From contig SUPR01000030.1 of assembly GCA_005191425.1 (NCBI GenBank), positions 4,611 through 36,610 of the forward strand: DNA of 32,000 bases, in the 5' to 3' direction. A model generated the notes under the pieces. It did not search any database. It had not been told where the DNA came from and saw nothing but the letters and a program-made list of their open reading frames with translations. Position 1 is the first letter of the stretch, and the number at the start of each line of letters is the position of its first letter. The position numbers and the translations under genes are program-made. The stretch comes from Candidatus Helarchaeota ASGARD archaeon Hel_GB_B (GTDB lineage Archaea; Asgardarchaeota; Lokiarchaeia; Helarchaeales; HEL-GB-B). Positions 25,612 to 32,000 of this stretch are shown one piece after another.

Positions 25612-26682
25612 ATGAAAAAAATCATTTTAAGATTAAAAGGTCCCTGGGAATTTGTGAAACAAATAGCCTCTGAAGCTATAATTAACGGATTAAATCATTT
25701 TATTGCTGACTCTGAAATCATTCCTAAAATTAGAGAGTTTGGGAATTCTCATATTTATTCTTATTCAGACCAAAACGCACCTGATTTTATCATTAAAAAG
25801 GTCAGTTCAAATGGTGCATTACCCGAAAATTTTTTACCGAATTTTGGACTTGAAATGGAGATTAAAAATAAAGATGATGAACTATACATTTATAAAATTG
25901 CTAGAAAATCTCCTGATTTTATTATCGTTCACGCACTTGATTGGATGGTAATACCACTTGAAAATCTTATTGCTAATTTACATAATTTTGATATTAATTT
26001 ATATGCAGAAGCTCATAGTATCGATGAAATTAAACTTGCATTTGAGATCCTTGAATTAGGGACTGATGGTGTTGTTTTTACCCCTGATAATGTCAATGAT
26101 ATTTCTAAAATTAAAGACCTCATTAAGTCTAAAATATCATTACAGCTTTCTGTTGCTAAGGTCATAGAGAAAAAGGAAGTAGGGACTGGAGATCGAGTTT
26201 GTATTGATACCTGTTCTCTTCTGAAACCTGGAGAGGGTATGCTGATAGGGTCTCAGTCAAGAGGTATGTTTTTAATTCATGGCGAAACTATTGAAACTGA
26301 ATTTGTAGCATCGCGTCCATTTAGAGTTAATGCTGGTTCTGTATCTGCTTACATTCTTTTACCTAATGGTAAAACTCAATATCTATCTGAAATCGAAACC
26401 GGGTCTGAAGTCCTAATTGTTAACTCTGATGGGTCTTGTAGGACTGCTATTGTTGGTAGGTCTAAAATAGAAAGCCGTCCTATGATGTTAATTAAAGCTC
26501 AGATTAATAATGACACTCTTAAAACAATTGTCCAAAATGCTGAAACTATTCGACTTGTTTCAAAAGATGGCACTCCTATTTCTATCTCTAAACTTCAACC
26601 TAATGATGAGATTCTTGTCTATTATACTGCAGGTGGAAGACATTTTGGAACCTTAATAAATGAAACCATTATTGAAAAATGA
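25612..26682 (+). CDS. 3-dehydroquinate synthase II (MJ1249-like, aroB')
   Basis: DWMVIPLENLIA, LELGTDGV, GDRVCIDTCSLL..GEGML.GS, FLIH.E, RPFRVNAG, GRSKIE.RP, LQNAET-like VQNAETIRL, RHFG..I.E.I.EK. Confidence 0.95.
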   Translation: MKKIILRLKGPWEFVKQIASEAIINGLNHFIADSEIIPKIREFGNSHIYSYSDQNAPDFIIKKVSSNGALPENFLPNFGLEMEIKNKDDELYIYKIARKSPDFIIVHALDWMVIPLENLIANLHNFDINLYAEAHSIDEIKLAFEILELGTDGVVFTPDNVNDISKIKDLIKSKISLQLSVAKVIEKKEVGTGDRVCIDTCSLLKPGEGMLIGSQSRGMFLIHGETIETEFVASRPFRVNAGSVSAYILLPNGKTQYLSEIETGSEVLIVNSDGSCRTAIVGRSKIESRPMMLIKAQINNDTLKTIVQNAETIRLVSKDGTPISISKLQPNDEILVYYTAGGRHFGTLINETIIEK

Positions 26683-27386
26683 TCGCAATGATTTGTGTTT
26701 CAATTGCAAACAATAATGTCAAAGATATGATTGAAAATGCTAAAAAAGCGATCAAACTTGGTGCTAATTTTTTAGAGTTTCGGCTTGATTACCTTCAAGA
26801 TATTTCGCCTAATACACTGTCAGAACTTAAACCATTATCTCAGCAATCGATACCTATAGTTTTTACATGCCGTAAGGCTTCTGAAGGTGCTCATTTTAAA
26901 ATAGATGAACCAACCAGACTTAAAATTATTGAAAATCTAGTGTCATTACACCCCGATTTTGTTGATTTAGAGATTAATATAAATAAAAATAAACTCTCTC
27001 AATTAATTTCATTATTCCACAAGCACGACATTAAAATTATTCTTTCTTACCATAATTTCAAAAATACGCCACCCCTCAACAAATTAGACCCTATTATTAG
27101 TTCTATGTTTTCTTTAAAACCAGAAGTTATTAAAATTGTACTAATGGCTAACAACAAATTTGATAATCTTACCGCTTTTAATATATTAGAAAAATATTCC
27201 ACTAATTACTATGAGATTATTTCATTTTGTATGGGCTCTAAAGGTACTATATCCCGGTTATTATGTCCTTTTCTGGGCTCAAAATTCACTTTTGCTTCTC
27301 TCGATAATCCAACTGCTCCTGGCCAAATCTCAATCTCCCAGATGAAAAAAATATATAAAATACTTATCCCTCTAATAACCACTTAA
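26679..27386 (+). CDS. aroD: 3-dehydroquinate dehydratase type I
   Basis: LEFRLD, TCR...EG, DLE, SYHNF..TP, KIV.MA, FCMG..G.ISR, TFA....PTAPGQ. Confidence 0.93.
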   Translation: MIAMICVSIANNNVKDMIENAKKAIKLGANFLEFRLDYLQDISPNTLSELKPLSQQSIPIVFTCRKASEGAHFKIDEPTRLKIIENLVSLHPDFVDLEININKNKLSQLISLFHKHDIKIILSYHNFKNTPPLNKLDPIISSMFSLKPEVIKIVLMANNKFDNLTAFNILEKYSTNYYEIISFCMGSKGTISRLLCPFLGSKFTFASLDNPTAPGQISISQMKKIYKILIPLITT

Positions 27387-27496
27387 AATTTTAAACATCA
27401 TTATTTATATTTTCAATATGACTTATCTTAATAATATCTTTAAATTTCAATAATTAAATCAATCTATATTTCATCTTAAAACTCCGAGGTGAACTC

Positions 27497-28363
27497 ATGC
27501 AACAATTTTTACCTAATGGAAATACTAAATTGGTTATTTTGATCGGAAATCCAGTTGGGCATTCTCTCTCTCCTAAAATGCACACTTCCGCATTTATTAA
27601 AATCGGATTTAATGCAGTTTATTTGGCATGTAATGTCGAACTAAGTAGGTTAAAACAAACTGTTGAAGCTATTCGTGCCCTTAATATAATTGGCGCCAAC
27701 GTGACTATCCCGCACAAAATTGAAATTATGAAATATCTTGATGAAATAGACCCAATAGCTAACGATATTGGTGCTATTAATACAATTGTTAATAAAGATG
27801 GCATACTTTATGCAACTAATACTGATGGTATTGGTGCGGTACGTTCCTTAAAAGAATCCCATATTAGACTCGATAATATTACCACTACAATGATCGGCGC
27901 TGGTGGTGTTGCTCGTCCAATTGCATTCTATTTACTGAACGAAATTAATCACCTTTATATTACTGATATTAAGCATGAAGCAGCTTCCAAACTTAAATCT
28001 GATCTTGAAAAACGTTACCCAAATAAGATTTCTACTTTTTCAAATGACGTTGGTACCTTATCTGAAATCCTTAAATCTTCTGATCTTTTAATTAATTGTA
28101 CACCTGTAGGAATGTTTCCAAATATTGATAACACTCCTGTCCCTATCTCTTTGCTTCGGAAGGATCTAGCTGTTTTTGATGTCGTTTATAACCCAATTCA
28201 GACCAAACTCGTTAAAAACGCTCTCTCATTGGGTGCTATTGCTATCGGCGGTATAAAAATGTTCCTTTATCAAGGTGTCGAAGGTTTTGAACTCTGGACT
28301 GGTAAAAAAGCTCCAGTAAAATTAATGGAAAATATTATTGTCAATGAATTATCTTCTAAGTAG
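27497..28363 (+). CDS. aroE: Shikimate dehydrogenase
   Basis: GNPVGHSLSP.MH, GANVTIPHK, IGAINTI, NTDG.G, GAGG.AR, N.TPVGM, D.VYNP, M...QG. Confidence 0.97.
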   Translation: MQQFLPNGNTKLVILIGNPVGHSLSPKMHTSAFIKIGFNAVYLACNVELSRLKQTVEAIRALNIIGANVTIPHKIEIMKYLDEIDPIANDIGAINTIVNKDGILYATNTDGIGAVRSLKESHIRLDNITTTMIGAGGVARPIAFYLLNEINHLYITDIKHEAASKLKSDLEKRYPNKISTFSNDVGTLSEILKSSDLLINCTPVGMFPNIDNTPVPISLLRKDLAVFDVVYNPIQTKLVKNALSLGAIAIGGIKMFLYQGVEGFELWTGKKAPVKLMENIIVNELSSK

Positions 28364-28392
28364 TTTTATATTTATTTATTGGGGCGAATAAT

Positions 28393-28929
28393 ATGATAAA
28401 ATCTAATATAGCATTAATTGGGTTTATGGGCACCGGTAAAACAACTATCGGAAAATTAGTAGCTAAAAAACTCGGTAAAAAATTTATTGAAATGGACGAA
28501 TATATCTCTAGAATCGCCGGTAAGTCAATTCCAGATATTTTTCATGAAGATGGCGAAATTAAGTTTCGAGAGCTTGAAATTCAAGCATGTAAACAATTAT
28601 CTAAAAATATTGACTCAGTTATATCTTGTGGTGGTGGCATTATATTGAATAAAATTAATCTTGATTATTTGTCTACTTCTTCTATAATTATTTGTCTCAA
28701 TGCCTCCCCTAATATTATCTATCAAAGAACTATGAAGGACGGTAAAGAAAAACGGCCCTTACTTTCTAATCCCAACCCTATGAAATCAATCAATGATTTA
28801 TTAAATTTCAGAAGACCTCTATATGAAAGAGCAACTAAATTCCAGATTGATACATCTTCTCTTTCTATCGAAGAATGCGCTGATGCCGTCATTAATCTCT
28901 ATCGAAATGCTACTTCCGGTGAAAAGTAA
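28393..28929 (+). CDS. aroK: Shikimate kinase, bacterial (P-loop/NMP-kinase) type
   Basis: LIGFMGTGKTT.G, IF..DGE..FR..E, VISCGGG, RPLL, R.PLY. Confidence 0.95.
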   Translation: MIKSNIALIGFMGTGKTTIGKLVAKKLGKKFIEMDEYISRIAGKSIPDIFHEDGEIKFRELEIQACKQLSKNIDSVISCGGGIILNKINLDYLSTSSIIICLNASPNIIYQRTMKDGKEKRPLLSNPNPMKSINDLLNFRRPLYERATKFQIDTSSLSIEECADAVINLYRNATSGEK

Positions 28930-30221
28930 TGGATATTAAAATTTTTAAAACAGAGTCGATAAAAGGCACTATTTCTGCACCTCCATCTAAGTCATATACT
29001 CACCGCGCTATTTTTATGGCTTCAATTGCAAATGGTACTAGTATTATTAGAAATCCACTCATTAGTGGTGATACTAATGCCTCTATTGAAGCTTGTAGAG
29101 CATTTGGTGCTCAAATTAAAATAAATAACTCTTCTTTAAAAATAGATGGGCTCTTTCCTTTTAAACAGACCAAAAACCTTATTGATGTACAAAATTCTGG
29201 CACAACATTAAGAATTATAACACCATTAGCAAGTTTAATTCCCGGTAAAACTACAATTACTGGCGATAAATCTATTTTAAAACGCCCTATGGGACCACTT
29301 ATTGATTCGTTATTACAATTGGGGGTAAATATCTATTCTGAAAAAAATAACTCTCGTCCCCCCATTATTGTAAATGGGCCATCTCTTTCTGGTGGCATCA
29401 CTACTATTCCCGGGAATATTAGCTCTCAATTTATCACAGGTCTTTTAATTGCCACCCCACTCGCTATTAACGACACTACCATAGTCATCAAACCTCCAAT
29501 TATTTCAAAACCTTATATACTTATTACTCTTGAATATTTAGAACTTTATAATATTTCTATTAAATACCAACCTGACCTCTCTAAATTCTATATAAAAGGG
29601 CGTCAAACTTATTCTCCCACTACTTTCTCTATACCAGGCGACTTTTCGTCTGCATCTTTCATTCTTGCTTTAGCTGCTATTACTAATTCTACTGTTACTA
29701 TAAATAACCTTGACCCTAACTCTTTCCAAGGCGATAAACAAATTCTTGACATACTTAAAACTATGGGCTGTAAACTTAAAATTGATAGTAAAAATAAATC
29801 AGTCACTTTTTTAAACTCAAACTCATTATCTGGTATTGACCTAAACATGTCTAATATTCCTGATTTATTTCCCGTTGTCTGTGCCGTTGCTTCATTTGCA
29901 GCTGGTAAAACTCGTCTATACGGTGCGCAACACCTAAAATTTAAGGAAAGTAATAGGATAACTTCTATTGTATCCGAACTTTCTAAGCTAAATATCAATA
30001 TCCGTGAACTTTCAGATGGTGCTGAAATTATTGGCCCAAATAAATTAATACCACATAATAACTTGAATACTTATAATGACCATAGAATAGCAATGATTCT
30101 TGCAATTCTAGCTACTCAAACTGAACAAATGATTATTCCTAACATTGAACTTGCTGAAATTTCTTATCCCAACTTTTTAAATCATTTAAAAACTCTCGGA
30201 GTTAATTTTGAGGTGGCATAA
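28929..30221 (+). CDS. aroA: 3-phosphoshikimate 1-carboxyvinyltransferase (EPSP synthase)
   Basis: PPSKSYTHRA, NSGTTLR, RPM.PL...L..LG, SSQF.T.LL, SKPY...T, PGDFSSA, PDL.P, KES.RI, DHRIAM, SYP.F. Confidence 0.97.
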   Translation: MDIKIFKTESIKGTISAPPSKSYTHRAIFMASIANGTSIIRNPLISGDTNASIEACRAFGAQIKINNSSLKIDGLFPFKQTKNLIDVQNSGTTLRIITPLASLIPGKTTITGDKSILKRPMGPLIDSLLQLGVNIYSEKNNSRPPIIVNGPSLSGGITTIPGNISSQFITGLLIATPLAINDTTIVIKPPIISKPYILITLEYLELYNISIKYQPDLSKFYIKGRQTYSPTTFSIPGDFSSASFILALAAITNSTVTINNLDPNSFQGDKQILDILKTMGCKLKIDSKNKSVTFLNSNSLSGIDLNMSNIPDLFPVVCAVASFAAGKTRLYGAQHLKFKESNRITSIVSELSKLNINIRELSDGAEIIGPNKLIPHNNLNTYNDHRIAMILAILATQTEQMIIPNIELAEISYPNFLNHLKTLGVNFEVA

Positions 30222-30223
30222 TT

Positions 30224-31324
30224 TTGCATGATGGTAATATTTTTGGAAACTCCTTTAAAATCGTTTCTTTTGGCGAAAGCCATGGTAAATGTATGGGCTG
30301 TGTAATTGACGGCTGCCCAGCTGGTGTCAAAATATCCAAACAAGATATCCAAAAGGAACTCGACCAACGACGCCCCCAAAATTCTATTGGCTCTACTAAA
30401 CGAGCTGAACCTGATCAATGCGAAATTCTTTCAGGGGTCTTCAATGGCTATACTACTGGCGCCCCGATATGTCTAATCGTCTGGAATAAAGATGTCGACT
30501 CCTCTTATTATGAATCAATTAAAGACACTCCTCGACCGGGTCATGCCGATTTCACTGCATTCATTAAATATGGTGGATTTAATGATTATAGAGGCGGAGG
30601 TCGGTTTTCTGGTAGGTCTACTATTTCTATTGTACTTGCTGGCGCTATCGCTAAAAAAATCCTACTGACGCAACTCAATATCCAAATTCTATCATATATT
30701 AAATCTGTTGCTAATATTTCATCAAAATTGCCACCCCCTACTGATCTCTCTACTATTCACCGCGACCCTCTTACTAAATGTATTGACCCATCTATTATTG
30801 AAGATATAAAAAACGCTATTTCCGATGCTCAACACCAAGGAGATTCATTAGGTGGTATTATTGAGTCTATTGCGCTAAACTTACCGCCTGGCCTCGGAGA
30901 ACCCTTCTTTGATACCCTTGAAGGTGATCTTAGTAAAATTCTATTTGCTATTCCTGCAGTTAAAGCTGTAGAATTCGGCTCTGGTTTTATGTCCTCAACT
31001 CTAACTGGTTCTAAACATAATGACCCTTTTATTATTAAAAAAGGTAAAATACTCACATCATCAAATAATTCTGGGGGTATTAATGGAGGGATATCAAACG
31101 GAATGCCAATAATTTTCCGTACCACTATAAAACCAACTCCCTCTATTTCTATTTCTCAGAAAACTGTGAATATTAAAACACTTCAACCTACTTCAATAAA
31201 GATAAGGGGAAGACATGACACGATCATTGCTCTTAGAGCAGTACCTGTAATAGAATCTGCTACTGCTATTGTTATTTTAGACCATGCTATTAGATCTCAT
31301 ATTATACCTCCCATTATTAAGTGA
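30224..31324 (+). CDS. aroC: Chorismate synthase
   Basis: FGESHG, DGCPAG, R.EPD...ILSG, PRPGHAD, GGGRFSGR, GDSLGG, HNDPF, GGI.GGISNG, KPTPSI, GRHD. Confidence 0.97.
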   Translation: MHDGNIFGNSFKIVSFGESHGKCMGCVIDGCPAGVKISKQDIQKELDQRRPQNSIGSTKRAEPDQCEILSGVFNGYTTGAPICLIVWNKDVDSSYYESIKDTPRPGHADFTAFIKYGGFNDYRGGGRFSGRSTISIVLAGAIAKKILLTQLNIQILSYIKSVANISSKLPPPTDLSTIHRDPLTKCIDPSIIEDIKNAISDAQHQGDSLGGIIESIALNLPPGLGEPFFDTLEGDLSKILFAIPAVKAVEFGSGFMSSTLTGSKHNDPFIIKKGKILTSSNNSGGINGGISNGMPIIFRTTIKPTPSISISQKTVNIKTLQPTSIKIRGRHDTIIALRAVPVIESATAIVILDHAIRSHIIPPIIK

Positions 31325-31329
31325 TTATT

Positions 31330-32000
31330 ATGTTTAAACTTATTATAATTGGCGGAACTGGTGGTATGGGCCAATTAATTACTAATACCTTTAAAGATGA
31401 ACTTGATATTTATATTTATAGCAGAGATCCTTCTAAAGCTCGGAAATTTGCTTCAGAACTTGGAGTAAATCCCGCAGTCAAACAAGATATCTACGATGCA
31501 GATATTATAATCGTCTCTGTTCCTATTTCTCAAACCCTTAAAACTTGTTCCGAAATCGCCCCACTCATGAAACCTAATTCACTACTAATCGATATTTCCT
31601 CTGTAAAGACCGGCATTGTTGATAAATTAACTATCCCTGACAAAATAGAATATATTAGTATGCACCCACTTTTTGGGCCACTCGGGTCGTTTAATGACCA
31701 AAATGTTATTTTAATACCTGTTAAAACTAATAAATGGATCGATTATGTCATAAATTTACTTGAAAAACATGGAAGTACCGTTTCAACTCTTTCTTTTCAA
31801 GAACATGACCGTATCATGAGTAATGTGCAAGTAATACACCACTTTTCTTACCTCTGCCTTGGCGTCTTTTTATCTCTTAACCCTGTACAACCTCAATTCT
31901 TCACTCGTTCCTATAAAAAAACTATTGACTCCTTTAAAAATTATCAAAATAACCTTTCTATTATGCTCGATATCCAAAAACTTAACCCCTATTCTAAATC
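31330..32000 (+). CDS. tyrA: Prephenate dehydrogenase, 3'-truncated by window
   Basis: Not in the ORF track. Read from ATG 31330: MFKLIIIGGTGGMG..., IIVSVPI, LIDISSVK, SMHPLFGP, EHDRIMSNVQVIHH; open to the window end. Confidence 0.92.
   Translation, partial: MFKLIIIGGTGGMGQLITNTFKDELDIYIYSRDPSKARKFASELGVNPAVKQDIYDADIIIVSVPISQTLKTCSEIAPLMKPNSLLIDISSVKTGIVDKLTIPDKIEYISMHPLFGPLGSFNDQNVILIPVKTNKWIDYVINLLEKHGSTVSTLSFQEHDRIMSNVQVIHHFSYLCLGVFLSLNPVQPQFFTRSYKKTIDSFKNYQNNLSIMLDIQKLNPYSK

Noticed and set aside
9888-31125. Remaining short track ORFs overlapping vps22, DUF1512, roadblock, mcm, gins23 and aro genes
   Set aside because: Antisense or alternative-frame shadows of confidently identified genes.
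1-32000. CRISPR arrays, tRNA genes, IS transposases, 16S/23S rRNA
   Set aside because: None seen. A stand-alone 5S unlinked to 16S/23S is common in archaea and not notable by itself.

Overview
Very AT-rich archaeal chromosomal window, almost certainly from an Asgard archaeon: it encodes an ESCRT-II Vps22/36-like protein plus roadblock and longin/uDENN-like proteins. The class cannot be determined from sequence alone. Left to right it holds the 3' end of a Na+/Ca2+ antiporter, a surface protein with beta-propeller repeats, a U32-family Fe-S protein, a mini-LRR protein, a 4-TM protein and a DUF6788-like Zn protein. Next comes an AT-rich intergenic region with a facing pair of ORB-like boxes, two copies of a 47-bp inverted-repeat element and a sharp GC-skew flip (candidate replication origin). 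Further right are a degenerate Nif3, Vps22/36, a Zn-PLC/P1-like hydrolase, a longin-wHTH protein, the 5S locus, DUF1512 with a Zn-ribbon partner, coaD, roadblock, MCM with two inteins, gins23, and an eight-gene aromatic operon (aroA', aroB', aroD, aroE, aroK, aroA, aroC, partial tyrA). The standout is at 12531-12723 (minus strand): a circularly permuted 5S rRNA gene. Its 3' half precedes its 5' half, helix I is closed by a 6-nt linker, and the gene sits in a long stem with two nested bulge-helix-bulge (BHB) motifs. Predicted cleavage and ligation at the inner motif exactly restores the canonical loop-C sequence CACGGAAG|UUAAGCC.
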